DNA of 64,000 bases from an uncultured Alphaproteobacteria bacterium (GCA_902591485.1 CACJAV010000001.1:16563-80562), one strand, 5' to 3'. Numbered from the stretch's first letter, positions 48,683-58,000 are shown. The notes: generated by a model not told the origin, from the sequence alone. Program-made: numbers and translations.

Positions 48683-50257
48683 GTGAAAAAAATTATTGTT
48701 ATTATTATTGTTATAGCTGCTGTTGCAGGTGGATACTATTTTTATAACTTAAACAATACTGAAATTTCAACAACTTCATATGAATATATTAAAATAGAAA
48801 AGGGTAATATCAAGAAGACAGTTTCAGCAACTGGAAAAATCATCCCAACTTCAACATTAACATTATCATCAGAAATATCTGGAAAGATAGTTGATATAAA
48901 CAAGGATTTTAATGAAAAGATCAAAAAAGGTGAGGTGTTAGCAACATTTGATCAAAATCCATTTATTTTGAATGTTGAAGAAACTGAAACTTCAGTAAGT
49001 ATATCTAAATCAAAGTTAAAACAAAAAAATGGAAGTCTAGAAAAAGCAAAATCAGAATTAAATAATTCTATTTCAAATAAAAATGGAGCTGTATCTAAGC
49101 TTAATGACTCATCTCTTAATATTAAAAAACTTAAGGAAAATTTGGATGATAAAACAAAGTTATATGAAAAAAAATTTATATCTAAAAAAGAACTTGAAGA
49201 TGCTAAGTTTGAATATGAGAGTGCAGTATTTCAATACAGCACATTGGAATCTGAAATTTTATCACTCAATGCTATTATTGATTCTAGAGAAGCCCAAATT
49301 AAAATTATTAATGCTGAAATAGAAGAGGTTGAAACATTAATTGAACAAACTGAATTAACTTTGGAAAGTGAAAAATTAGATTTAAGTAAAACGAAAATAG
49401 TTTCACCAATTGATGGTTTTATATTAGATAAACACATAAGTGTTGGTGATGTTTTGGGAGCTTACCAAAAAGATTCAATAATGTTTACGATTGCTGAAAC
49501 TTTATCAAAAATGAATATCGAAATATTTATAGATGAGTCAGATATTGGTAATATAAAACCAAATCAAGAAGTACAATTTACCACTGATGCTTTCCCTGAT
49601 AGAAATCTAAAGGCTACTATAACTCAAATTAGATATTCTCCCATAGATGATCAAAACGTTATTACTTACGAGGTTATTGCTTCATTTGATAATCCTAATA
49701 ATATTCTCTTACCGGGCATGACAGCTAATGTTGATATTATTGTAGAAAATAAAAATGATGTTTTGAAAGTTAAAAATTCAGCACTTTCAGTTAAATTAAA
49801 TCAAAAACCTAAAAAAAATTCTGGTAGTGGAAATCGATGGGGAGGAGGAGGGGCTTCTCAACTTCAAGAAATAATGGGTCAACTTAACATGACTACAGAG
49901 CAACAAAATAAAATGCGGGGTGTATACCCTAAATTAGGCAAGGTAAGAGACTCATTAACTGCTAAAAATCTATCGCCAGAGAAAATTCGAAAAGAAATTC
50001 AGCTGTATATTGAAAATGCACTCATTGAATTACTAAGTGATGAGCAAAAAAATAAATTCTTTGAATTAAAAGAATCCCTTAATGTTAAAAAAGTTTACAA
50101 ACTTGTAGATGGTGAACATCAAAAAACTGATTTAATAACGGGTTTAAATTCTGGTGGCTATACTGAAATAATAAATGGGGAAATTGAGGAGGGTGATGAA
50201 GTAATATCTAAAGTTATTATTGAAACTTCAAATAAAAAAGCTCTTAGACTATTTTAA
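48683..50257 (+). CDS. macA: efflux periplasmic adaptor (HlyD/MacA family) with ~95-aa C-proximal insertion
   Basis: 524 aa, GTG start preceded by GAGGTG. N-terminal TM, lipoyl halves, long coiled-coil hairpin, beta-barrel. An insertion with a G-rich linker and two LTxxQ-like motifs precedes the membrane-proximal domain. Confidence 0.8.
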   Translation: MKKIIVIIIVIAAVAGGYYFYNLNNTEISTTSYEYIKIEKGNIKKTVSATGKIIPTSTLTLSSEISGKIVDINKDFNEKIKKGEVLATFDQNPFILNVEETETSVSISKSKLKQKNGSLEKAKSELNNSISNKNGAVSKLNDSSLNIKKLKENLDDKTKLYEKKFISKKELEDAKFEYESAVFQYSTLESEILSLNAIIDSREAQIKIINAEIEEVETLIEQTELTLESEKLDLSKTKIVSPIDGFILDKHISVGDVLGAYQKDSIMFTIAETLSKMNIEIFIDESDIGNIKPNQEVQFTTDAFPDRNLKATITQIRYSPIDDQNVITYEVIASFDNPNNILLPGMTANVDIIVENKNDVLKVKNSALSVKLNQKPKKNSGSGNRWGGGGASQLQEIMGQLNMTTEQQNKMRGVYPKLGKVRDSLTAKNLSPEKIRKEIQLYIENALIELLSDEQKNKFFELKESLNVKKVYKLVDGEHQKTDLITGLNSGGYTEIINGEIEEGDEVISKVIIETSNKKALRLF

Positions 50258-50258
50258 A

Positions 50259-50942
50259 ATGATTAAGATTGACTCTATCTCAAAAGAATATGTAATGGGA
50301 GATAACAAACTTTTAGCTCTGAATAATGTAAATGTGTCTATTTTAAATGGTGAGTTTGTTTCAATTATGGGGTCTTCAGGCTCCGGCAAATCAACATTGA
50401 TGAATATTATTGGCTGTTTAGATGTTCCTTCAAGTGGAGATTATTTTTTCAAGGATGATAATATTTCAAATTTTAATGCAAATAAACTTGCTGAACTTCG
50501 TAATAGAGAAATTGGTTTTATTTTTCAAAATTTTAATCTTTTACCTAGACTGAATGCCCTAGAAAATGTTGTCTTACCTTTATTATATTCAGGTAAAAAT
50601 CAGAAAGAAAGAAATAACCTTGCTTTAAAAGCCCTAGAAAATGTAGGTCTTAAAGATCGTGTTCATCATAGACCAAATCAATTATCTGGTGGTCAACAAC
50701 AAAGAGTATCAATAGCTAGAGCTATTGCTGGTTCTCCTAAATTAATTTTAGCTGATGAGCCAACTGGAGCACTAGATAGTAAGACAAGTATAGAAATTAT
50801 GAAAATACTAAATGATTTAAATGCTAAAGGTATAACTGTAGTTTTAGTTACTCATGAAGATGATATAGCTAAATATGCCTCTAGAATTATTAAAATGAAA
50901 GATGGCCAGATAATTGAGGATAAAAAAAATGTCCCTAACTGA
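50259..50942 (+). CDS. macB: ABC transporter ATP-binding protein (MacB/LolD type)
   Basis: Preferred ATG at 50259 (MIKIDSISKEY), 1 nt after the macA stop. Walker A GSSGSGKSTL, signature LSGGQQQRVSIARA, Walker B ILADEPTGALD. Confidence 0.9.
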   Translation: MIKIDSISKEYVMGDNKLLALNNVNVSILNGEFVSIMGSSGSGKSTLMNIIGCLDVPSSGDYFFKDDNISNFNANKLAELRNREIGFIFQNFNLLPRLNALENVVLPLLYSGKNQKERNNLALKALENVGLKDRVHHRPNQLSGGQQQRVSIARAIAGSPKLILADEPTGALDSKTSIEIMKILNDLNAKGITVVLVTHEDDIAKYASRIIKMKDGQIIEDKKNVPN

Positions 50943-52155
50943 TCTTATCTACTTATCACAAAAAAGTTTACGCTCTAATATTTTAAGAAGTGTTTTAACT
51001 TCTCTTGGTATAATTATTGGAGTTAGTTCTGTAATAACAATGATCTCTATTGGTTCAGGAGCTAGACAAGAAGTTGAAGAACAAATTGAAAGATTTGGAT
51101 CAAATAACTTAATTTTAAGATCTCAAAGTTCATCTAATAGAGGTGTTTCAATGGGAGCTAATTCTATAAATACTCTAACATTAAAAGACATGGAAGCTCT
51201 TAAAAATGAATTACCTGCAATTTCAGCAATTGCTCCTAGAGTTAGTTTGAGTACACAAATTATAGCAAATGGAAATAATTGGTTAGCAACAGTCACGGGG
51301 ACTACAAATGATTATTTTAATTTAGGAAATTGGAAGTTTGAATTAGGAAGATCATTTCAAGATGATGAATTAGACTCTGGATCAAGGGTAGCAATAATAG
51401 GTAAAACTGTTCAAAAAAATTTATTTGGAACAGATAGTCCAATTGATGAAGTTATCAGGATTAACAAAGTCCCATTTACTGTAATAGGTTTATTAGATGC
51501 AAAAGGTGGAACAGCTTGGGCAGATTTAGATGATACAATTGTCGTTCCGTTAAAAACCGCTAAACAAAGACTCGTTGCTAAAAAATTTCCTGGTGATCAA
51601 ATACGTAGCATGACAATTAATGTATCTTCATCTGATTTACTTTTTAAAACAGAAAAAGATATTGATACAGTAATGAGAAAATTACACAAAATTTCAGCAA
51701 ATGGAAATCCTGATTTTGTAATTAGAAATTATGCTCAATTCTTAAATGCCAGACAAGAGTCATCTAGAGTTATGTCTATTCTTTTAGCAACTGTTGCTGG
51801 TATATCCCTAATTGTTGGAGGGATTGGCATTATGAATATCATGTTAGTTACTGTCACAGAGAGAACAAAAGAAATTGGTGTTTGTATGTCTGTTGGTGCA
51901 AAAAAAAGAGATATATTGCTACAGTTTTTAATAGAATCTTTAATGATTTCTCTTATTGGCGGATTAATTGGTATTGGTTTGGGATTAGGTGTAATTTTTG
52001 GGGTTAGTGAATACTTTAATTGGAAAATGAGTTTAGATTATTTTTCTTTAGTTTTATCATTTGTTTTTTCATCATCTATTGGAATTATATTTGGTTTTTA
52101 TCCTGCAAGAAAAGCAGCCAATCTTAATCCTATTGACGCTCTAAGATACGAATAA
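50929..52155 (+). CDS. ABC transporter permease (MacB_PCD + FtsX domains)
   Basis: Preferred ATG at 50929 (MSLTDLIY...). N-terminal TM, periplasmic domain, C-terminal FtsX 3-TM block with ERTKEIGV and PARKAANLNPIDALRYE. Confidence 0.85.
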   Translation: MSLTDLIYLSQKSLRSNILRSVLTSLGIIIGVSSVITMISIGSGARQEVEEQIERFGSNNLILRSQSSSNRGVSMGANSINTLTLKDMEALKNELPAISAIAPRVSLSTQIIANGNNWLATVTGTTNDYFNLGNWKFELGRSFQDDELDSGSRVAIIGKTVQKNLFGTDSPIDEVIRINKVPFTVIGLLDAKGGTAWADLDDTIVVPLKTAKQRLVAKKFPGDQIRSMTINVSSSDLLFKTEKDIDTVMRKLHKISANGNPDFVIRNYAQFLNARQESSRVMSILLATVAGISLIVGGIGIMNIMLVTVTERTKEIGVCMSVGAKKRDILLQFLIESLMISLIGGLIGIGLGLGVIFGVSEYFNWKMSLDYFSLVLSFVFSSSIGIIFGFYPARKAANLNPIDALRYE

Positions 52156-52193
52156 AGTATTGATATAAAAATTTTAATAAATAACATATTTGT

Positions 52194-52976
52194 ATGTTTA
52201 AACCTGGAGATAATATTATTTCAACTCCCCGAACTCCTGAAATGAGTGAAGGTAGACACTGGAGGGCTAAACTTGGTTTCATTTTAATGTCTACGGATTT
52301 AGCAGCAGAAGGAGATTTTTTTGATATGGTTCCACATGATGTTGCTGTTCATATTACACGATTAAAAACAGATGATTATACCACTAATGAAACTTTATCT
52401 CGTCACATAGATTTTATGGCTGATGCAGCTTCTAGAATTCAACCAGATACAAAGCCAAATGTTATAAGTTATAGTTGTACATCAGGATCAATAGTTATTG
52501 GTGAAGAAAAAATTAAAGCTGAAATTAAAAAGGGGGCACCGTATGCAATTCCTATGACTTTAGTAACAGGTGTTATTGATGCTTTAAATGAATTAAATAT
52601 TAACAAAATTGTAGTTGGGACTCCATACTTAGATGAAATTAATACAAAAGAAGCTGAATTTCTTTTTAATAAAGGATTTTCAGTAATTAATATTCAAGGA
52701 TTAAATTTAACTACTGGAATTGAGTTTGGAAAAGTAACGCCTGAATATTGGATTAAATTTGCTGAAGAAATAAACCATAAGGAAGCTGAGGCAATTTTTC
52801 TAAGTTGTGGCGGTATAAGGTCTACCGAAGTCATAGATGAAATTGAAAAGCGAGTCGGAAAGCCTGTTATAACAAGTAATCAAGCACAATTTTGGAGCTG
52901 TCTTAGAAGAGCTGGAGTAAAAGATAATTTAAAAGGATTTGGAAAGTTATTTAATCATCAACTTACTATTCAGTAA
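52194..52976 (+). CDS. Asp/Glu racemase-superfamily enzyme (maleate isomerase / arylmalonate decarboxylase-like)
   Basis: 260 aa. Two catalytic-Cys contexts, ISYSCTSGS and IFLSCGGIRS, spaced as in maleate isomerase. Confidence 0.65.
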   Translation: MFKPGDNIISTPRTPEMSEGRHWRAKLGFILMSTDLAAEGDFFDMVPHDVAVHITRLKTDDYTTNETLSRHIDFMADAASRIQPDTKPNVISYSCTSGSIVIGEEKIKAEIKKGAPYAIPMTLVTGVIDALNELNINKIVVGTPYLDEINTKEAEFLFNKGFSVINIQGLNLTTGIEFGKVTPEYWIKFAEEINHKEAEAIFLSCGGIRSTEVIDEIEKRVGKPVITSNQAQFWSCLRRAGVKDNLKGFGKLFNHQLTIQ

Positions 52977-52981
52977 TATAA

Positions 52982-53356
52982 ATGATTGATGTAGTTGCCG
53001 CAGTAATAAAAAAGGATAATCAATATTTGATTGCGCAAAGGAATAGAAATAAGCATTTTGCTTTTCATTGGGAATTCCCTGGTGGCAAAGTTGATAATGG
53101 AGAAACATTTGAGATCGCTCTTCAAAGAGAAATTAAAGAAGAACTATCTATTAATATAAAAATTTATAAAAAAGTATCTTCTCAGAAACACAAAGATGAT
53201 AAAATCAATGTTGAGATTCATTATTTTTTATGTGAACATTTAGATGGTAAAATTATTCTATTGGAACATGAAGATATAAAATGGGTGACTAAGAAAGAAT
53301 TATTTTCTTATAAAATGGCACCAGGTGATTCAAAAATTATAGAATTTTTAGCTTAA
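52982..53356 (+). CDS. mutT: NUDIX hydrolase (MutT-like 8-oxo-dGTP diphosphatase)
   Basis: 124 aa. Nudix box GGKVDNGETFEIALQREIKEEL. Confidence 0.75.
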   Translation: MIDVVAAVIKKDNQYLIAQRNRNKHFAFHWEFPGGKVDNGETFEIALQREIKEELSINIKIYKKVSSQKHKDDKINVEIHYFLCEHLDGKIILLEHEDIKWVTKKELFSYKMAPGDSKIIEFLA

Positions 53357-53374
53357 ATTAATTTTAAAAAATGA

Positions 53375-54223
53375 TTATTTTCTTGTAGCTATATAAACAC
53401 CTAAAGCTGCAATTATTAATCCAATTATATCATTTCTTAATATCTCTTCATTTAAAACTAACCAAGCCATTATAGCTGTTGTAGGTGGTACAAGAAAAAA
53501 TAAATTAGATGTTTTAGAAGCAGTACCTATTTTAATTAAGTACATTAATATTGTAAACGCACCAAATGATACCATAATAATTTGCCAGCTCATGGACAAA
53601 ATAAAAGAAGTTGTAAAATTTATATAAGAAACTTCAAAAAATAGTGAAGCAAAAAACAAAAATATCGCTGCTGCAACAGCTTGATAAAAATTATTTGTAG
53701 TCAATGGTAAGTTGTTTGTGAATTTTTTTTGCCAAATGGTTGCAGTTGTTGCTCCAATTAAAGCAACTACAGATGCAATTACACCTAGTATAGGAATTGA
53801 TTTTCCTATATCTAATCCAATTACAAATACTGTACCAATTAATCCTAATAATATTCCAATCCATTGCGTTTTACTAACTTTTTCTCTTAATATTGGCCCT
53901 GATAAAATATTAGTTAACACTGGTTGCAAACCTACAATTAATGCTGATAAAGTTGCTGAGAGACCAACGCTATAAGAAAAAAATACTCCTCCTAGATAAA
54001 ATCCATGAAAAAAAATCCCAGTAATCCCAGATTGTAAAACTAATGATTTTTTTACAAAAATTTTTTCTCTGAAAAATAACGCAACTAATAAGAACCCAAA
54101 AGCAACTATTACAAAACGAAATGATAATGATGCAAAAGGACTTGCAGACTGCACAATTATTTGTCCACTAACAAATGCAGAACTCCAAAAAAAAACAAAT
54201 AAAAAAGGAAAAATGTTTGTCAT
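53375..54223 (-). CDS. DMT superfamily (EamA-type) permease
   Basis: 282 aa, ~10 TM, two EamA-like halves. Confidence 0.75.
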   Translation of the reverse strand: MTNIFPFLFVFFWSSAFVSGQIIVQSASPFASLSFRFVIVAFGFLLVALFFREKIFVKKSLVLQSGITGIFFHGFYLGGVFFSYSVGLSATLSALIVGLQPVLTNILSGPILREKVSKTQWIGILLGLIGTVFVIGLDIGKSIPILGVIASVVALIGATTATIWQKKFTNNLPLTTNNFYQAVAAAIFLFFASLFFEVSYINFTTSFILSMSWQIIMVSFGAFTILMYLIKIGTASKTSNLFFLVPPTTAIMAWLVLNEEILRNDIIGLIIAALGVYIATRK

Positions 54224-54274
54224 CTATCTTTATAGAGTTATTACACTATATTTTTAATTATATAAGGAGATACT

Positions 54275-54595
54275 ATGTCAATATTAACAAAATACAGTGA
54301 AGCATTCATGAATAAAGACGAAGCTGCAATGAATGATATACTTCATGATGATTATAGATTTACCATGCATGCTTCAGGAAATGTTCTTTCAAAACAAGAT
54401 GTTATAAGCTGGGCAATGAGTGATGATATTAATAGAGAAAAGGTAAGAATTATCTATGAAAATGATGATATAGGTATTGAACATTCATTTGTTACTTTTA
54501 ATGATGGTAATACACAAGCGGTAATGGCTGTTTTTACCTTTAAAGATGGAAAAATTCTCTCACTTGAGACTGGTGCTACCAATATGCCGAAATAA
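54275..54595 (+). CDS. SnoaL/NTF2-like small protein
   Basis: 106 aa. Preceded by the SD-like sequence AAGGAGA. Alpha+beta cone-like pattern. Weak assignment. Confidence 0.45.
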   Translation: MSILTKYSEAFMNKDEAAMNDILHDDYRFTMHASGNVLSKQDVISWAMSDDINREKVRIIYENDDIGIEHSFVTFNDGNTQAVMAVFTFKDGKILSLETGATNMPK

Positions 54596-54604
54596 TTATT
54601 ATTC

Positions 54605-54636
54605 AAAGCAAGTAATTAATATTACTTGCTTTTTTT
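54605..54636 (+). terminator. rho-independent terminator
   Basis: 11-bp stem AAGCAAGTAAT (54606-54616) / ATTACTTGCTT (54621-54631), loop TAAT, followed by a T-run to 54636. The next gene's ATG begins at 54637. Confidence 0.55.
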
Positions 54637-55299
54637 ATGAATTTTTTCATTACTATATTAACAATCAAACAAATTCCAAATTTATCATGGAGTTCTAATG
54701 ATCCGTTCAATTTTAAACCAAAATTAAAAACATTTATTTATCTTCTATTTGGTTTGATCTTATTTGGATTAGGTGAAACTCTTTTAATTACTGCTAATCA
54801 AGGAGTTAGTCCCTGGACTGTTCTTGCACAAGGACTTTCATTTCAATTAGATTTATCAATAGGTATAACGACTTTTATTGTAAGCATAATTGTTTTATTT
54901 TTATGGTTTCCTTTAAAACAAAAACCAGGATTAGGAACTTTATTAAACGTAATTTTAATTTCAATTGTAATAGATTTATCAACTCCAATTTTACCTTATC
55001 CAAAGACTTTTTTTTATCAAGTTGTGCAATCTTTGATTGCTGTCCTCATTGTTGGGATAGGAAGTGGATTTTACTTAACTGCAAACTTAGGCCCTGGACC
55101 AAGAGATGGTTTAATGACAGGTTTACAAAAGTTAACTAATCAACCAATTGCATTAATTAGAACAGTTATTGAAGTAACTGCAGTAGTAATTGGTTTTTAT
55201 TTAGGTGGCGTAGTAGGAATAGGAACGTTGTTATTTGCATTTGGAATAGGACCTGCTGTATCTTTAGGCATATTTATTGTTATGAAATTTTTTAAATAA
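54637..55299 (+). CDS. YczE/YitT-like integral membrane protein
   Basis: 220 aa, ~5-6 TM. GVSPWTVLAQGL and GPGPRDGLMTGL motifs. Confidence 0.6.
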   Translation: MNFFITILTIKQIPNLSWSSNDPFNFKPKLKTFIYLLFGLILFGLGETLLITANQGVSPWTVLAQGLSFQLDLSIGITTFIVSIIVLFLWFPLKQKPGLGTLLNVILISIVIDLSTPILPYPKTFFYQVVQSLIAVLIVGIGSGFYLTANLGPGPRDGLMTGLQKLTNQPIALIRTVIEVTAVVIGFYLGGVVGIGTLLFAFGIGPAVSLGIFIVMKFFK

Positions 55300-55989
55300 T
55301 TAGAGTTTTTTTTGACTTAATATAACATCTACTATTACTGCAATTAACAAATTCATCATTGTAATTGCGCAAATAATAATAAAACTAAAAAAATATATCC
55401 ATGCCCACCAATATATTTCTTGTAATGGTAACATAACAGTTTCCCAGCTAGATAAAGTTAAAACTTGGAAAAGTGTAATTAAAGAAACTCCTACATCTCT
55501 CCATCTATAAGGAATAACATCACCAAATAAAATTGAGCCAATAGTAGCGTAAATATAAAGAATGATAAAGAGAAGCAAACTTACATAAAACACTTTCTTG
55601 ATTGAGTTTATTAGAGCTTCTATTATTTTTTTTAATTCAGGAATCACTGAAATTAATCTCAATACTCTGAATACTCGTAAGAGACGCAATAATAAATAAC
55701 TCGAATTATTTGGAATGGGAATTAATGAAATAAATACTATTATTGAGTCAAATATATTCCAACCATTTTTAAAAAAATCTCTTTTATTAGGTTCACTAAA
55801 AAAACGTATCAAAATTTCTATGACAAAAAAAACTGTAATTGTATAATCAAGTAACTGAATGGAATTCTTTAGAATGGGATTTAAATCATATGTGCTAATA
55901 CCAACAGTTATTGCATTTAAAATAATAATAAAAATTACAGCTAATTGAAAAATTTTAGATGAATTTAATTTAAATAATATATTTCTCAT
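55300..55989 (-). CDS. single-domain voltage-gated cation channel (BacNav/NaChBac-like), minimal form
   Basis: 229 aa, 6 TM. S4 LLLRLLRVFRVLRLISV with four Arg at every third position. Pore TLFQVLTLSSWETV aligns with TLFQVMTLESWSM of characterised BacNavs. The protein ends 8 residues after the S6 motif IAVIVDV. Confidence 0.8.
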   Translation of the reverse strand: MRNILFKLNSSKIFQLAVIFIIILNAITVGISTYDLNPILKNSIQLLDYTITVFFVIEILIRFFSEPNKRDFFKNGWNIFDSIIVFISLIPIPNNSSYLLLRLLRVFRVLRLISVIPELKKIIEALINSIKKVFYVSLLLFIILYIYATIGSILFGDVIPYRWRDVGVSLITLFQVLTLSSWETVMLPLQEIYWWAWIYFFSFIIICAITMMNLLIAVIVDVILSQKKL

Positions 55990-56056
55990 TTTGTAAATCT
56001 TATACTTAAAATAATATAATTTTAAATAGTAATATTTTTTTCATCATCTATAGTAT

Positions 56057-56479
56057 TTGGATATGGAAAAAGAAAATCAAGAGAAATTTCAATGTCCCGA
56101 GTGTGAATCTAAAAACATTAGATTTAGGTTTAAAGTAAGCACTAAAGATAAAAATAATCCATACGCAAATGTTACTGAAGAAATTCAGTGCGCTAGTTGT
56201 TTTATGGATATACCTGCTAACGTATTTATTTTCAAAAATGCAAATGATATTGAGGATAATAAAAAAATTTGGCAATCTTTTTACAAACCAGAGCATTTAA
56301 AAGTTGCTGCTCAGTGTTCAAAATGTAGCCAATATTATTGGCAGATTGAAAAACAACTATCCGATATTAATATTACTTCTCCTGATATTTTTTATCAAAC
56401 GTATGACACTAAGGGTAGTGGTGGCAAAATGGTTTGCCGATTATGTGATCCAGAAGCTTTTAAAAACAATAAACAATAA
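56057..56479 (+). CDS. hypothetical protein with two CxxC...CxxC zinc-ribbon-like units
   Basis: 140 aa. CPEC(x~43)CASC and CSKC(x~43)CRLC. No family recognised. Confidence 0.5.
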   Translation: MDMEKENQEKFQCPECESKNIRFRFKVSTKDKNNPYANVTEEIQCASCFMDIPANVFIFKNANDIEDNKKIWQSFYKPEHLKVAAQCSKCSQYYWQIEKQLSDINITSPDIFYQTYDTKGSGGKMVCRLCDPEAFKNNKQ

Positions 56480-56488
56480 GGAGCAAAT

Positions 56489-56677
56489 ATGCCTGTAATA
56501 AGAGTAGAGATGTTTAAAAGAACACAAGAACAAAAAAGGGACTTAGCAAGAGAACTCACAGATGCTTTTGTAAGAACGTGTGGGGGCAATAAGGAGGCAA
56601 TTAAAATTCTTATTACTGAAGTTGATAAAAATAATTGGGCTTCTGGCGGAGTTATTACTGCAGATAAGAAAGATTAA
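56489..56677 (+). CDS. 4-oxalocrotonate tautomerase-family protein
   Basis: 62 aa. N-terminal catalytic Pro (MPVIRVEM), beta-alpha-beta size and pattern. Confidence 0.75.
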   Translation: MPVIRVEMFKRTQEQKRDLARELTDAFVRTCGGNKEAIKILITEVDKNNWASGGVITADKKD

Positions 56678-56680
56678 ATA

Positions 56681-57340
56681 ATGAAAATTGCTATTTTATT
56701 TGGTGCCACAGGTTTGGTTGGTGGACATTTATTAAATTTATTAGTTAATAGTAATGAGTATGATAAAATAAAAATATTTTCTCGAAAAGATATAGAAACA
56801 AAAAACCCAAAAATAGAGAAATATATCATTGATTTTAATGAATTAGAAAAACATAAAGATGAAATTGTTGGTGATGATTGTTTCTTTGCTATTGGAACAA
56901 CCAGAAGATTAACTCCGAATAAAAATGATTACATTGATGTTGAATTAAACTTACCAGTAAAAATTAGTAAAATTGCTAAAAATAATAATGTGAAATCATT
57001 CATATATGTTTCTTCTGGCGGAGCTAATGCAAATAGTAGAAATCTTTATCTGCAAAATAAAGGAAAAGCAGAAAAAGAAATCATTGATCTGTCATTTGAA
57101 TTTACAGCAATTATTCAACCATCACTTTTATTAGGAAATCGAAATGAAAACAGAATAGTAGAAAAAATTGCTAAATTTATATTTAAAATTTTATCTTTTA
57201 TTTTTATTGGTAAACTTAGACCATTTAAAGCTATTCATGCTACAAATGTAGCTAAAGCGATTATGCATATTACAAAAAATCAACTAAAGGATTTATTTTT
57301 TACTTCAGATAAACTTGAAGATTTTAGCTTAATTAAATGA
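56681..57340 (+). CDS. NAD(P)H-binding atypical SDR (HTATIP2/NmrA-like oxidoreductase)
   Basis: 219 aa. Rossmann motif IAILFGATGLVGGHLL. Confidence 0.7.
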   Translation: MKIAILFGATGLVGGHLLNLLVNSNEYDKIKIFSRKDIETKNPKIEKYIIDFNELEKHKDEIVGDDCFFAIGTTRRLTPNKNDYIDVELNLPVKISKIAKNNNVKSFIYVSSGGANANSRNLYLQNKGKAEKEIIDLSFEFTAIIQPSLLLGNRNENRIVEKIAKFIFKILSFIFIGKLRPFKAIHATNVAKAIMHITKNQLKDLFFTSDKLEDFSLIK

Positions 57341-57343
57341 GTA

Positions 57344-58000
57344 TTATTTAAAGATTGATAGAGTGTGTTCTAGACCTTTCAATATATGTTTCTCAAGTGT
57401 TTCAGTAGCTAATTTTGTATCTCTTTTCAATGCTGCTTCAAATAATATTTTATGTTCATCTTCTGCTTCTTTTCCTCTATATTTTGTTACTGCCATTTGG
57501 TAGCGAATATATTTATCATATAAAATAGAATGAAGATTTAATAAGTTTTGAGAACCACAATTTGATACCAAAGCCAAATGGAAACCCCAATCATATTTTT
57601 TCCATTCTTCTCTATTTTTTTTATAATCTTTTTGCGTTTCTTTTTCTAATAGACTTAATTTATGATGTGAAGCAACTAAATTACCTTCCCAATCAGTATC
57701 ACCATTCTCAATAGATAATGTTATAGCATGACACTCTAACAAAACTCTTATATTTGCTATTTCAATTAAGTCATCTTTTGTAAAATCATTTACAAAAAAT
57801 CCTCTTTGTTCCTCTGCTTTGACGAAACCTTCACTAGCTAATCTATTTAATGTTTCTCTAATTGTCGATAAACTAGCATTATAATTATTTTTTAAGTTAT
57901 CTAGTTTTAATTTTATTGAAGGTTTTAATTTTCCAAATATTATATCTCTTTTTATAACATCGTATGTTATTGAGCTTATTGTATTATTTTTATTATTCAT
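57344..58000 (-). CDS. GntR-family transcriptional regulator (FadR/FCD subfamily)
   Basis: 218 aa. N-terminal winged HTH (LSTIRETLNRLASEGFV), helical FCD-like C-terminal domain with His residues. Confidence 0.85.
   Translation of the reverse strand: MNNKNNTISSITYDVIKRDIIFGKLKPSIKLKLDNLKNNYNASLSTIRETLNRLASEGFVKAEEQRGFFVNDFTKDDLIEIANIRVLLECHAITLSIENGDTDWEGNLVASHHKLSLLEKETQKDYKKNREEWKKYDWGFHLALVSNCGSQNLLNLHSILYDKYIRYQMAVTKYRGKEAEDEHKILFEAALKRDTKLATETLEKHILKGLEHTLSIFK

Noticed and set aside
56048-56296. 82-aa minus-strand ORF overlapping the zinc-ribbon gene
   Set aside because: Low-complexity hydrophobic translation, fully overlapped by the plus-strand ORF. The plus-strand ORF has an ordered double CxxC pattern and better continuity with the downstream genes.
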